Shown: positions 20,270 to 31,155, numbered from the stretch's first letter. The stretch: 64,000 nt of DNA from Bacillota bacterium (GCA_012798695.1 JAAZMR010000046.1:2316-66315); one strand, 5' to 3'. The notes: generated by a model not told the origin, from the sequence alone. Numbers and translations are program-made.

Positions 20270-21181
20270 TTGCCAACTCCCCCTAGAACCCGTAAGCTAT
20301 CACTACAAACTAAAGAGACTATCACAGGATATCTGTTCATTATGCCGAGTATCCTGGGTATTCTCATATGGTTAGTAGGACCCATGATCTACTCTATTTG
20401 GCTGAGCCTAACCAAGTGGGATATCATCACTCCTGCCAAATATGTCGGGTTAGGGAACTTCAAGAAGCTATTTTTAAATGATACCCTTTTTTGGAAGTCT
20501 CTATGGGTGACGTTCTACTACACCATTGTCGCTGTCCCGCTCAATCTAGTTGCCGGTTTCCTCGTAGCCCTTCTGTTAAATACCAAGGTCAAAGGGATGA
20601 ATGCTTTCCGTACCATCTTCTATCTACCATCCATAGTCCCTCAGGTAGCCAATGCCATGCTGTGGCTGTGGCTGCTCAATCCTGAATTCGGTTTGGTCAA
20701 CACCTTTCTCCGCTCATTAGGTTTTCCTAAGGTGTTATGGCTGCAGGATGAGAGATGGGTAATGCCGGCCTTTTGGGTGATGGGCCTTTGGACTATTGGT
20801 GGTGGGATGCTGATTTATCTAGCCGGCCTGCAGGGTATTCCCGAGCAATTGTATGAAGCTGCCGAGATTGATGGAGCATCAGTTTGGGCCAAGTTTTGGC
20901 ACATCACCATTCCCCAAATGTCCCCGATCATCTTCTTCAACCTGATCATGGGTATCATTGGCTCTTTTCAGATCTTTACCTCCGGTTTCTTAATGACTAA
21001 CGGAGGTCCTAATAATGCTACTCTCTTTTATGTACTTTATCTATACCGAAATGCTTTTGAGTGGCTCAATATGGGCTACGCAGCTGCCTTGGCCTGGGTG
21101 CTGTTTGTCATAATACTATTGTTGACACTGCTCATTTTCCGCTCTTTGGGCGACAAAGTATACTATGATGATGTTCGATAG
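20270..21181 (+). CDS. Sugar ABC transporter permease (MalF/UgpA-type)
   Basis: 6 TM helices and the EAA-loop region ..EAAEIDGASVWAKFWHITIP... TTG start. Confidence 0.9.
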   Translation: MPTPPRTRKLSLQTKETITGYLFIMPSILGILIWLVGPMIYSIWLSLTKWDIITPAKYVGLGNFKKLFLNDTLFWKSLWVTFYYTIVAVPLNLVAGFLVALLLNTKVKGMNAFRTIFYLPSIVPQVANAMLWLWLLNPEFGLVNTFLRSLGFPKVLWLQDERWVMPAFWVMGLWTIGGGMLIYLAGLQGIPEQLYEAAEIDGASVWAKFWHITIPQMSPIIFFNLIMGIIGSFQIFTSGFLMTNGGPNNATLFYVLYLYRNAFEWLNMGYAAALAWVLFVIILLLTLLIFRSLGDKVYYDDVR

Positions 21182-21195
21182 GGAGGTGTGAAGGC

Positions 21196-22071
21196 ATGGC
21201 TTCAGAAACACAAGAACTGGAGATTGCGCTGCGGCGGTATCGGCGATTACATAAACTAGGGCGAGCAGTCATCTGGCTTCTGCTGGTAATTGGCGCTGCA
21301 TTGATGTTCATCCCTTTTCTATGGCTGGTCAGCAGTTCGCTGAAGAGTCCTGCTCAGCTTTGGGTGTTCCCTCCCCAATGGATTCCCAACCCAGTTAAAT
21401 GGTCTAATTACCGTGAGGCTCTCACCACACTGCCTTTTCACTTGTATTTCAGAAATACCATCTTGATTGTCGTCTTCACTCTATTGGGAGTTCTAGGCTC
21501 TTCATCGTTGAGTGCGTATGGATTCGCCCGCCTGCGGTTCCCCGGACGGGATGCCATATTCATGATCCTCCTTAGTACCATGATGCTCCCTGGGGTTGTC
21601 CTGATGATTCCCCAGTTCATCATGTTTCGTAACCTCGGGTGGATAGATACCTTTAAACCATTAATCGTCCCCAGCTATTTTGGTGGCGGTGCCTTCAATG
21701 TCTTCCTCCTGCGCCAATTCTTCCGCTCATTGCCCCAAGAGCTGTCTGATGCAGCGAGAATTGATGGCTGTGGAGAGTTTAGAATCTACTATAGAATCAT
21801 CCTGCCTCTGGCCAAGCCGGCACTGGCGACGATCGGCATATTTACTTTTATGGGGGCATGGAATGATTTTATGGGCCCCTTGATCTATCTAAATTCACCT
21901 GATAAGAGAACTCTAGCCTTGGGCCTAGCATCTTTCCGCAGCCTCTATGCGACTCACTGGAATCTACTCATGGCTGCTTCCACGGTGATGGTGATCCCGA
22001 TTATCATACTGTTTTTTGCAGCACAGAGACAGTTTGTCCAGGGCATAGTCTTGACCGGTCTAAAGGGTTAG
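21196..22071 (+). CDS. Sugar ABC transporter permease (MalG/UgpE-type)
   Basis: EAA motif ..DAARIDGCGEFRIYYRIILP... RBS GGGAGGTG. Lies 14 nt after the first permease. Confidence 0.9.
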   Translation: MASETQELEIALRRYRRLHKLGRAVIWLLLVIGAALMFIPFLWLVSSSLKSPAQLWVFPPQWIPNPVKWSNYREALTTLPFHLYFRNTILIVVFTLLGVLGSSSLSAYGFARLRFPGRDAIFMILLSTMMLPGVVLMIPQFIMFRNLGWIDTFKPLIVPSYFGGGAFNVFLLRQFFRSLPQELSDAARIDGCGEFRIYYRIILPLAKPALATIGIFTFMGAWNDFMGPLIYLNSPDKRTLALGLASFRSLYATHWNLLMAASTVMVIPIIILFFAAQRQFVQGIVLTGLKG

Positions 22072-22150
22072 ACTCGCTCCAACACCAGGCTCCAGATCAC
22101 GTGGAACAGCTCAGGATATACGATTGGTTCGAAAGGAGAGTGGCAGTTTA

Positions 22151-24004
22151 GTGAAATATGAGATGCAGACACTAAACCCCCAACAAATTGAGCAGGTCGG
22201 TGGTTTTTTGGGAGAACGATTCCGATTAAATATGTCCAATCGGCTGATGAATCGAGCTATGGTAGAAGAGTTTATCGGCCTCCATGAACGCAAGAACTAT
22301 GATGACTGGTTCTGGATGGGGGAACAACTGGGCAAATGGCTTGATGCGGCAGCCTATAGCTGCCTGATCTCTCAGGATCAAGAGCTGCAGGACTATGTAA
22401 TCCAAGTCATCGACCGTCTGGCAGCTAGCCAGGAGGAAGATGGCTATATCGGTATCACAGCCGAGATTCACCGCAACCCGGTCCGGGGCATGCAGCTTTA
22501 TGAGTGGTACTACATGCTGCACGGGCTTCTGGTCTGCTATGATCTTCTCGGATCTACATTGGCCTTAGATATTGCCAACCGACTGGGCCAATACATTATT
22601 CGAACTTGGGGCCCAAAAGCAGAGCATTTCCCCCTGATGGGGCGGTTCCCCGGGAACGGCCATGATGGTGGAGAAGGGACCCTGATTCTGGAGCCTATAG
22701 TCATTTTGGGTATGCGCACCCAAGATCAACGCTTTATTGAGTGGGGAGAAGCGACTCTGGCCATGTGGGATGGTTGGAGTGATTTGTATCCAGAGAGCAT
22801 TCATACCGGGCCTTTGCGTCTGATGCGAGCAGTAGCTCAAGGTAAGGCCGATGTCCACAGCATTAGGAAGAATATCCACGCCCACACTTTGCACATGACC
22901 TTATTGGGCCTAGCGGCCCTTTATGATGCCACCGGTACAGAGGAATATCGAGAGATCGTCTTGGGATGTATTGATAATATTGCCGCCAAATACGTCTTTC
23001 TCACCGGTGGCATGAGCTCCGGTGAACGTTATGTCCCCTTTAGATACTACAACCCGCGCAACAATGTAGAAGTATGTCCTCAGCATACTTGGCTGCTTTT
23101 ACTGGATCAGGCCCTACGCTGGACCGGCCAGGCTAGGTATGCTGAAGAGATGGAAAGGACACTGTTTAACAGTTTCTTGGCGGCGCAAACCGCCGATGGC
23201 AGCAATTGGAGTTACATGACACCCCTGAACGGCCGAGCTCAAAGGCCAGGAAGCCCTAATTGCTGTAACGCTGCCGGGCACCGCATCGTCGGACGCATGC
23301 CCACGTATCTATATGGTCAGTTGGATAATGGGATTGCAGTCCATATCTATACAGAGTCTGAAGCAGCATTTGAGCTGAGTAACAGCACATGTGTAAGGCT
23401 GCGGCAAGTCACCACATATCCCACACAAGGTTCAGTGACATTGCATGTAGAGCCTGATCATTTGACTAGATTTGCCTTCCACCTGCGGGTTCCCTCTTTC
23501 GCTGAAGGCGCTCAGATTGCCGTAAACGGAGAGCCCATTCCTGACATCAAACAAGGAACTTATGCTGTGATTGAACGTGAATGGCAGGCAGGCGATACCG
23601 TCTCTTTGCACCTGCCCCTGAAGGTAAGAGCACAGGCGGGACGGCATGAAATCGCTTTGATCCGGGGCCCTCTAGTTTATGCATACTTCCAGAACTGGCA
23701 AGACGACCCCGAGAGATTCCATTGGAGTCAGGGCCTTTATCCAGATGATATAGAGCTGCTCATAGACCCAAGCAGTATTGCGGAGGATGTGTTAGAAGTC
23801 CCAGCACCCCCTGCCTGCCTGGGACCAGCTCTAAGAGTCAAGGCCTTTCAGAAAGAGCGGGCACCTCTGTTTGCCAACCCGGAGGCCAATAAACAGCTGC
23901 CCCCGGGAGGAGAGACAGAGGCACTCTTGATGCCCTTTGCCAACCAGGGAACGCGTAGTGGTCACTATGCGGTATTTCTGGATTATGTTTCATCAAAGAA
24001 GTAA
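22151..24004 (+). CDS. DUF1680 / GH127-family glycoside hydrolase (beta-L-arabinofuranosidase HypBA1-like), paralog 1
   Basis: About 617 aa. Contains the Cys-Cys motif (..GSPNCCNAAGHR..) that characterises the Zn/Cys catalytic centre of GH127 HypBA1. Start moved to GTG 22151, 10 nt after AAAGGAGAG. Confidence 0.8.
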   Translation: MKYEMQTLNPQQIEQVGGFLGERFRLNMSNRLMNRAMVEEFIGLHERKNYDDWFWMGEQLGKWLDAAAYSCLISQDQELQDYVIQVIDRLAASQEEDGYIGITAEIHRNPVRGMQLYEWYYMLHGLLVCYDLLGSTLALDIANRLGQYIIRTWGPKAEHFPLMGRFPGNGHDGGEGTLILEPIVILGMRTQDQRFIEWGEATLAMWDGWSDLYPESIHTGPLRLMRAVAQGKADVHSIRKNIHAHTLHMTLLGLAALYDATGTEEYREIVLGCIDNIAAKYVFLTGGMSSGERYVPFRYYNPRNNVEVCPQHTWLLLLDQALRWTGQARYAEEMERTLFNSFLAAQTADGSNWSYMTPLNGRAQRPGSPNCCNAAGHRIVGRMPTYLYGQLDNGIAVHIYTESEAAFELSNSTCVRLRQVTTYPTQGSVTLHVEPDHLTRFAFHLRVPSFAEGAQIAVNGEPIPDIKQGTYAVIEREWQAGDTVSLHLPLKVRAQAGRHEIALIRGPLVYAYFQNWQDDPERFHWSQGLYPDDIELLIDPSSIAEDVLEVPAPPACLGPALRVKAFQKERAPLFANPEANKQLPPGGETEALLMPFANQGTRSGHYAVFLDYVSSKK

Positions 24005-24142
24005 GTGATTCTCAACTAGGCAAACCGGCATAGCTAGTTTACATAAATCTCACAGCAAACGAGAGGTGGTGGTAGGGAAAAAACATGCTGCTAGTAGTTG
24101 GGATCAACTGGCTTAGTTAAAAATGAGAGGAGTTCACTGCAA

Positions 24143-25429
24143 ATGGAAAGACGACATGGGTTGACCCTAATTGTTGTGCTGCTCCTAGTCTCGGTTTTAG
24201 CTTCAGCAGCTGGTGCTAAAGTAAAGCTGCAGTTCATGGGATGGGAGGCCAGCCCCTTAGAAACACAAAGTGTAATGCAGGGCCTCGAATTGTTTATGAA
24301 ACAAAACCCTGATGTAGAAGTTGAATATATCGCCGGCCGATGGGCAGAACACCACACCAAACTATTGACCATGATGGCAGGAGGAGCAGCCCCTGATGTC
24401 TTCTTCATGGGAGCTGAACCTTTCTACCGTGATTTTCAAAAGCGTGGTGTGCTGTATGACATAACCAGCCTCTTTGATTCGGAGCTGGAGCTAGACGAGT
24501 TTATCCCTCTCGATCAAGAGAAGATGCTGATCAATGGCCATATCTACGGAATCAGCAGCTGCATCGTTTGCCCTGTATTGTACTACAACAAGAATATGTT
24601 CGATGAAGCCGGCCTACCTTATCCTCCCCACAACCCTGACCAAGCATGGACATGGGACGAATTTCTGAATGTGGCCAAGAAACTTACCCTGGAAAAAGGC
24701 GGTAGAACCACCCAATTTGGCGCCTATGGGTTTGAGGGTTATTGGTGGCCTATGGTTTGGTCCAACCAGGGAGAGATTTTCACAGAGGATTACAGCCGCT
24801 GTATATTGGCTGATGATGCCAATGCCCAAGAGGCACTGCAGAAACAATTGGACTTGCGTTTAGTCCATGGAGTCGCACCAGATTCCTCCTATATGGAGAA
24901 TATCGGCATGAGTGCAGCTCAGATGCTGCAAACCGGCCGTGTCGCCATGTTGGTAGATGGTTCCTGGGCATTGCAGGAATTATCTCAGATGGATTTCCCA
25001 GTAGGGGTTGCCCCACTACCTGTATTCAAAGTTCCTGCAACTTCTGGTACTGCACACCTCCATTCCATCTGGAAAGGCACCAAGCATCCAGAACCTGCTT
25101 GGCGATTAGTCAAGTTCCTTTCCTCCAAGGAATACCAGATTGATCTAGTCCGCAGCGGGTTGTGGATGCCCAACCGTACTGAAATGTACTCAGAGAATGG
25201 TATCAAGGAATGGCTGGATCCTATGGTATATCCCCCAGGATTTGAAGAGGTCATTCCCTTCTTTACTAAGTACGCCAGGCCCCATCCGGGGATCATGGTT
25301 CCCAAGGAAGCATGGGACGTACTTTCCGAAGAGCTGGATTATTTCTGGCACGATAACCAGGACTTGGACCAGGTGCTCAAGCGACTGACCAAGCGAGTAA
25401 ACGATATATTGGCCGCTGAAGCCAAGTAG
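24143..25429 (+). CDS. Sugar ABC transporter substrate-binding protein (CUT1, SBP family 1), paralog 2
   Basis: MERRHGLTLIVVLLLVSVLASAAG signal, then ..LQFMGWEA.., ..GGAAPDVFFM... Paralogous to 18854..20197. Confidence 0.9.
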   Translation: MERRHGLTLIVVLLLVSVLASAAGAKVKLQFMGWEASPLETQSVMQGLELFMKQNPDVEVEYIAGRWAEHHTKLLTMMAGGAAPDVFFMGAEPFYRDFQKRGVLYDITSLFDSELELDEFIPLDQEKMLINGHIYGISSCIVCPVLYYNKNMFDEAGLPYPPHNPDQAWTWDEFLNVAKKLTLEKGGRTTQFGAYGFEGYWWPMVWSNQGEIFTEDYSRCILADDANAQEALQKQLDLRLVHGVAPDSSYMENIGMSAAQMLQTGRVAMLVDGSWALQELSQMDFPVGVAPLPVFKVPATSGTAHLHSIWKGTKHPEPAWRLVKFLSSKEYQIDLVRSGLWMPNRTEMYSENGIKEWLDPMVYPPGFEEVIPFFTKYARPHPGIMVPKEAWDVLSEELDYFWHDNQDLDQVLKRLTKRVNDILAAEAK

Positions 25430-25491
25430 AAGGAAGAGATTTGGGCATACCTCGGTTAACAACCGGGGTATGCCCGCTTGGGGGGATAATC

Positions 25492-26394
25492 GTGAGCAAG
25501 GGCTTCGAAGTATCGTTCTGGAAACGCCTAGCATACAGTGACCATTTCTGGGCAATCGTCTTGCTCTTACCTAACCTCTTAGGATTCCTGATCTTTATGC
25601 TGTTTCCCATGCTGGCCTCCTTTGGACTCAGTTTCGTCAAATGGGATCTGCTCACTCCCATGCAGTGGTGTGGCCTGGGCAACTACCGAGAACTGATCGC
25701 GGATGTTACATTTCGTAAAGTCTTGTGGAACACTGTCTATTACACTATTGGCTCAGTGCCCATTGGTATAGTCATCGCCTTTTTCCTGGCCTTGGCCCTA
25801 AACCAGAAGATTCCTTTTGTCAAGACCTATCGGGGAATCTACTTCTTGCCGGTCATCACATCAATGGTCGCGGTTGGGATTGTCTGGCAGTGGATATATA
25901 ACCCGGAATTCGGCTTGGTCAACTATCTGCTGGGGCTAGTCGGCATCCAAGGCCCTACATGGCTATCGAGTGTGAAATGGGCTATGCCGGCAGTAATACT
26001 GGTCAGCATCTGGAAAGGTTTGGGCTTCAATATGGTATTGTTCCTGGCTGGACTGCAGGGCATCCCGGAAGTCTACTATGAAGCAGCCGAGATCGATGGA
26101 GCCAGCTGGCTGGCAAAGATGTGGTATATTACTATTCCCTTGCTGTCGCCAACCACCTTGTTTGTGGTCATCATGTCGGTCATCGGCTCCTTCCAGGCCT
26201 TTGACCTGATCTATGTCATGACCCGGGGAGGGCCTGCTCGCAGTACATCCGTACTCGTCCACTATTTGTATCAATGTGCCTTTGAGTATTTCAAGATGGG
26301 GTATGCCAGTGCTATGGCCTATATCCTCTTCTTCTTGGTATTTCTAGTTACCCTAATTCAGCTTAAAGGATCTCAGAACTGGGTTGTCTACTAA
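25492..26394 (+). CDS. Sugar ABC transporter permease (MalF-type), paralog 2
   Basis: EAA region ..EAAEIDGASWLAKMWYITIP... GTG start 5 nt after GGGGGGA. Confidence 0.85.
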   Translation: MSKGFEVSFWKRLAYSDHFWAIVLLLPNLLGFLIFMLFPMLASFGLSFVKWDLLTPMQWCGLGNYRELIADVTFRKVLWNTVYYTIGSVPIGIVIAFFLALALNQKIPFVKTYRGIYFLPVITSMVAVGIVWQWIYNPEFGLVNYLLGLVGIQGPTWLSSVKWAMPAVILVSIWKGLGFNMVLFLAGLQGIPEVYYEAAEIDGASWLAKMWYITIPLLSPTTLFVVIMSVIGSFQAFDLIYVMTRGGPARSTSVLVHYLYQCAFEYFKMGYASAMAYILFFLVFLVTLIQLKGSQNWVVY

Positions 26395-26408
26395 GGGGGT
26401 GGAAATAA

Positions 26409-27233
26409 TTGAGATCCAGTCGCGCAACACGTTTCGCAGCACAAACCATCTTGATCTTGGGAGCCTTGACTATGTTAATCCCATTTGTCTGGATGATCAG
26501 TACATCGTTTAAGTCCTTACCCGAGGTCTTTAGATTTCCCCCCACCCTATTCGGGAAGCGGATAGTGTGGGAAAACTATCTCCATATCGCTGATCGTTTT
26601 CCTTTCATGAAATTCTTTATGAACAGCCTGAAGATCTCGGTAATCGTCACCATAGGCCAGTTGATTACCTGTTCTATGGGTGGCTTCGCCTTTGCTCGAC
26701 TGAAGTTCCCTTTCCGAGATGGCCTGTTTGCACTCTATTTGGCAACTTTGATTATCCCCTTTCACGTAACCCTCATACCAGTTTTCCTGATGATGCGTGC
26801 ATTGGGATGGATCGATACTCACCAAGCCTTGATCATACCTGCTCTAGTCAGCCCTTTTGGTACTTTTCTGTTACGTCAATTCTTTCTTACGATACCCTTG
26901 GAGCTAGAAGAGGCAGCTAGAATAGATGGCTGTACTCCTTTTGGCATCTACTGGCGCATATTTGTGCCTTTATCGAGACCGGCGATGGCCACACTCGGGC
27001 TTTTCACCTTTATGGGTACTTGGAATGACTTTATTCGGCCTCTGATTTTCATCAATAGTGTCCAAGCACGGACCCTGCCCTTGGGGTTAGCGGCACTGCA
27101 AACCATGTATACCACTGATTGGCCTGTCCTGATGGCAGGTTCAGTAATCAGTGTCATGCCGGTGATTGGTGTGTTCTTATTGTCCCAGGAGTTCTTTATC
27201 CAGGGGATCACCTTATCGGGCCTCAAAGGATAA
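26409..27233 (+). CDS. Sugar ABC transporter permease (MalG-type), paralog 2
   Basis: EAA motif ..EAARIDGCTPFGIYWRIFVP... TTG start with AAGGGGGTGGA upstream. Confidence 0.9.
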   Translation: MRSSRATRFAAQTILILGALTMLIPFVWMISTSFKSLPEVFRFPPTLFGKRIVWENYLHIADRFPFMKFFMNSLKISVIVTIGQLITCSMGGFAFARLKFPFRDGLFALYLATLIIPFHVTLIPVFLMMRALGWIDTHQALIIPALVSPFGTFLLRQFFLTIPLELEEAARIDGCTPFGIYWRIFVPLSRPAMATLGLFTFMGTWNDFIRPLIFINSVQARTLPLGLAALQTMYTTDWPVLMAGSVISVMPVIGVFLLSQEFFIQGITLSGLKG

Positions 27234-27275
27234 AGGATTCTGGAAGCCGAAAACAAGCAGACAAGGAGGAGTATC

Positions 27276-29048
27276 ATGAAGTATGCGTTTCAGTCCATAG
27301 TGCCCGGCAATGTTACACTGCTGCCGAGCCTTTTCTATGAGAGGTTTCGCATCAACCGGAAGTACATGATGAGTCTGGAGAATGATCATCTCTTGCAGAA
27401 CCACTACTTCGAAGCAGGCCTGTGGAGTGTGCCCAATCGGCCCAAAGACTGCCACTGGGGCTGGGAATCCCCCACCTGTCAGCTCAGAGGGCACTTCTTG
27501 GGGCACTGGCTATCTGGTGCAGCCCGCATCTATGCCTGGGCAAAAGATGAGGAGATCAAGGCAAAGGCAGATTACATTGTATCAGAACTAGCCCATTGCC
27601 AGGTGGAGAACGGCGGCGAATGGGCAGGGTCGATCCCGGAAAAGTACTTCGATTGGATTGCCCGGGGCAAACGGGTCTGGGCTCCCCACTACACAGTTCA
27701 CAAAACCCTCATGGGCCTATATGACATGTTTGAGCTGGCAGATAATGAGCAGGCCCTGGATGTGCTGATCAAGTGGGCCAAGTGGTTTCACCGCTGGACC
27801 GGCCAGTTTTCTCGACAAGAACTAGACGATATTCTCGATGTGGAAACCGGCGGCATGCTGGAGGTCTGGGCTAATCTCTATGGGGTGACGAAACAGCAAG
27901 AACACTTGGATCTCATAGAACGCTACGATCGTCGCAGATTGTTTGATCGCCTACTAGCCGGCGAAGATGTCTTAACCAACATGCACGCTAATACCACGAT
28001 TCCCGAGGTGCATGGTGCAGCCCGTGCGTGGGAAGTAACGGGTGACAGCCGTTGGCGAGACATTGTCGAGACTTACTGGAAACTGGCAGTAACTGAGCGA
28101 GGCTCCTATTGTACTGGTAGTCAGACCAGTGGCGAGATCTGGACTCCTCCTGGTGAGTTTGCACCACGGTTAGGAGACAAGAACCAGGAACACTGTGTGC
28201 CGTATAACATGATGCGTTTGGCACAGTATCTGTTCCGCTGGACGGGAGACATAGAGTATGCAGATTACTGGGAGCGCAACCTCTATAATGGCATACTCGC
28301 CCAGCAGCACCCAGATACGGGCATGGTAGCATATTTCCTGCCTTTGGAAGCCGGTGCAGTCAAGAAATGGGGCACCCCTACTGAGGACTTCTGGTGTTGT
28401 CACGGCACATTAGTCCAAGCCCACAGTACCTATTATGATAATATCTATTTTGCTGCCGATAAGACCCTAGTCGTCAATCAATACATCCCCAGTAAAATCA
28501 AGTGGACCTTCGATAATACCGATGTGGAGATCATCCAGACTCTTGATACTCAAACAGAGAAAGCCCAGCGCCCTGAGAGTGTTGCCTTTGATTTAATCAT
28601 CAAGGCGAAGCGCCCGGTGGACTTTTCTATCGATATCCGTTTACCTTGGTGGCTGAAGGGAACTCCAGTGGTGACGATTAACGGAATTTCCGAGCCGGTT
28701 GGCCACCAGCCTTCCAGCTACCATAAGCTCACCCGCACCTGGTCTCAAGATAAGGTCCATATAGAGCTGCCCAAGGGCCTCACAACTGAGCCATTGGCAG
28801 ATCTGCCCAATATGGTTGCCTTCATGGATGGGCCGGTGGTATTGGCGGGGCTATGTGATGAGGAGCGGGCCCTATACGGCGATCCCGAGCAGCCCGAAAC
28901 CATACTCACACCGGATAACGTACGTGAGTGGGAGTTTTGGCTGCCAGGTTACCGAACCGTCAACCAGGATCGGGGTCTGCGATTCTTGCCCCTTTATGAA
29001 ATCCGTGATCAGCGCTATACGGTATATTTTCCAATCAAAGAACTTTAG
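27276..29048 (+). CDS. DUF1680 / GH127-family glycoside hydrolase, paralog 2
   Basis: 590 aa with the CC motif in ..EDFWCCHGTL... RBS AAGGAGGAG. Confidence 0.8.
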   Translation: MKYAFQSIVPGNVTLLPSLFYERFRINRKYMMSLENDHLLQNHYFEAGLWSVPNRPKDCHWGWESPTCQLRGHFLGHWLSGAARIYAWAKDEEIKAKADYIVSELAHCQVENGGEWAGSIPEKYFDWIARGKRVWAPHYTVHKTLMGLYDMFELADNEQALDVLIKWAKWFHRWTGQFSRQELDDILDVETGGMLEVWANLYGVTKQQEHLDLIERYDRRRLFDRLLAGEDVLTNMHANTTIPEVHGAARAWEVTGDSRWRDIVETYWKLAVTERGSYCTGSQTSGEIWTPPGEFAPRLGDKNQEHCVPYNMMRLAQYLFRWTGDIEYADYWERNLYNGILAQQHPDTGMVAYFLPLEAGAVKKWGTPTEDFWCCHGTLVQAHSTYYDNIYFAADKTLVVNQYIPSKIKWTFDNTDVEIIQTLDTQTEKAQRPESVAFDLIIKAKRPVDFSIDIRLPWWLKGTPVVTINGISEPVGHQPSSYHKLTRTWSQDKVHIELPKGLTTEPLADLPNMVAFMDGPVVLAGLCDEERALYGDPEQPETILTPDNVREWEFWLPGYRTVNQDRGLRFLPLYEIRDQRYTVYFPIKEL

Positions 29049-29128
29049 GAGTCAAAGGCATAGTATCACAAGCTAAGCAGAGTGGTGATTAGGCGATTAT
29101 CTCAACAAGCATAAAGAGAGGTGTCGAT

Positions 29129-31069
29129 GTGAAAGCCAAACCTATCTCCCTGACAGCCGTGAACCTCAAGGACAAGTTGTGGAAGAACCGTTTTCGACTA
29201 GTCAAAGATGAAGTAATTCCCTACCAATGGGCAGCCCTCAATGATCGCATTCCCGGGGTACCTCCTAGTCATGCCATAGAGAATTTCCGTATTGCTGCTG
29301 GCGAATCTGAAGGTGAGTTTTTCGGGAGGATATTCCAAGACAGTGATGTGGCCAAATGGTTAGAAGCAGTCAGTTATGTGCTGGCCACAGAACCCAATTC
29401 TAAGCTGGAGCAGATCGCTGATGACGTCATCGACCTCATTGCCAAGGCTCAGCAGGAAGATGGTTATCTAAATACGTATTTCACCGCAGCGGAGCCGGAT
29501 AAACGCTGGGCCAACCTCCGAGATTGGCATGAGCTGTATTGTGCCGGCCACATGATGGAAGCAGCTGTGGCCTACTTTGAAGCTACAGGTAAGCGCAAGC
29601 TTTTGGAGGTCATGTGCCGATTTGCCGATTACATTGCCGACATCTTCGGGCCTGAGCCAGAAAAAATGCAGGGATACCCCGGACATCCAGAGATTGAGTT
29701 AGCCCTTGTGAGGCTTTACCACGCCACCGGCCAAGAACGCTATCTACAGCTCAGCAAATACTTCGTAGATCAAAGGGGGCAACAACCCCACTGGTATGAG
29801 CTGGAAGCGGCCAAACGGGAGGATTCCAGGCAATATCTCCGAGACCTCGGCCCGGCCTATAGTCAGGCACACCTGCCGATAAGACAGCAGGAGACTGCAG
29901 AAGGGCATGCGGTGCGAGCTCTGTATCTCTTTAGCGGTGTAACCGATGTAGCTGTTGAAACTGATGACCATGCACTGCTGGAAGTATGCAGAAAGCTTTG
30001 GGAAAATGTGACTCAGCACCGCATGTACATTACCGGAGCTGTCGGTTCTGATCACTATGGAGAGCGTTTTAGCTTCGATTATGATCTGCCTAATGATCGA
30101 GCCTATACAGAGACTTGTGCCAGTATCGCCTTGGTTTTTTGGGCTCATAGAATGCTCCACACAGAGCTTGATGCCAAATATGCTGATATAATGGAGCGCG
30201 CCCTGTATAATGGCGTCCTCAGCGGTATCTCGCTTGATGGCAAGAGCTTTTTCTATGTCAATCCCCTAGAGGTTTGGCCAGAGGCTTGCGCGGTCAGGGA
30301 CGATCTGAGACATGTCAAGACAGTCAGGCAAGGTTGGTTCTCGTGTGCCTGCTGCCCACCTAATGTTGCCCGACTTGTGGCCTCTATTGGGCAGTATATC
30401 TATTCACAGGCTTCCGATGCAGCCTATGTGCATCTCTATGTCACAAGTGAAGGCGAGCTGGAGCTTGACGGAGCGAAGGTGAAACTTATTCAGGAAACGG
30501 ACTACCCCTGGCAAGAGATAGTGGACCTTACTGTTCAGCCAGACAAGGTCAGTGAGTTCACCTTGGCCCTGCGGATTCCAGGCTGGTGTCAAGGGGCTTT
30601 AGTATCTGTTAATGGAGAGTCAATCGACCTTGCCCCTCTGACCCAAAAAGGCTATGCCTATATACGCAGGAGGTGGCAGCCGGGAGATCGGATTCAGCTC
30701 ACGCTTCCCATGCCTATCCAACGTATACGGGCTACCCCCCAGGTGAGAGAAAACGCCGGCCGTGTGGCCCTACAGCGGGGCCCGATTGTCTACTGCCTGG
30801 AAGAAGTTGATAATGGCCCTAACCTCTCTGACATCATTCTCCCCTGGGAGGCGAAGCTGACTTGTGTATGGAAGCCGGAGCTGCTGAGTGGAGTGATGAC
30901 CGTTCAAGGCAAGGCTTTGCGGGTAGATGGGGCCGAGTGGGAGAACTGCCTCTATCATGCTGCCTCTGCCCCCCTGAAGACCGAGGAGATCGACCTAACA
31001 GCCATCCCATACAGCACGTGGTGCAACCGAGAGCCCGGCGAAATGCTGGTCTGGATTCGAGAGGGATAG
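29129..31069 (+). CDS. DUF1680 / GH127-family glycoside hydrolase, paralog 3
   Basis: 646 aa with the CC motif ..FSCACCPPNVARL.. (CCPPN, as in HypBA1-type enzymes). GTG start. Confidence 0.85.
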   Translation: MKAKPISLTAVNLKDKLWKNRFRLVKDEVIPYQWAALNDRIPGVPPSHAIENFRIAAGESEGEFFGRIFQDSDVAKWLEAVSYVLATEPNSKLEQIADDVIDLIAKAQQEDGYLNTYFTAAEPDKRWANLRDWHELYCAGHMMEAAVAYFEATGKRKLLEVMCRFADYIADIFGPEPEKMQGYPGHPEIELALVRLYHATGQERYLQLSKYFVDQRGQQPHWYELEAAKREDSRQYLRDLGPAYSQAHLPIRQQETAEGHAVRALYLFSGVTDVAVETDDHALLEVCRKLWENVTQHRMYITGAVGSDHYGERFSFDYDLPNDRAYTETCASIALVFWAHRMLHTELDAKYADIMERALYNGVLSGISLDGKSFFYVNPLEVWPEACAVRDDLRHVKTVRQGWFSCACCPPNVARLVASIGQYIYSQASDAAYVHLYVTSEGELELDGAKVKLIQETDYPWQEIVDLTVQPDKVSEFTLALRIPGWCQGALVSVNGESIDLAPLTQKGYAYIRRRWQPGDRIQLTLPMPIQRIRATPQVRENAGRVALQRGPIVYCLEEVDNGPNLSDIILPWEAKLTCVWKPELLSGVMTVQGKALRVDGAEWENCLYHAASAPLKTEEIDLTAIPYSTWCNREPGEMLVWIREG

Positions 31070-31124
31070 CAGCTGGCTTCTACTTTGGCTCTGCAATACG
31101 GTATGATGACTTACCAAGTGAAAA

Positions 31125-31155
31125 GGCCTGTGGGGGGTTACGACTCCCACAGGTC
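31125..31155. terminator. Weak stem-loop between convergent genes (GH127 paralog 3 / amidohydrolase)
   Basis: ggcctgtggg ... cccacaggtc with a single mismatch. Confidence 0.35.
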
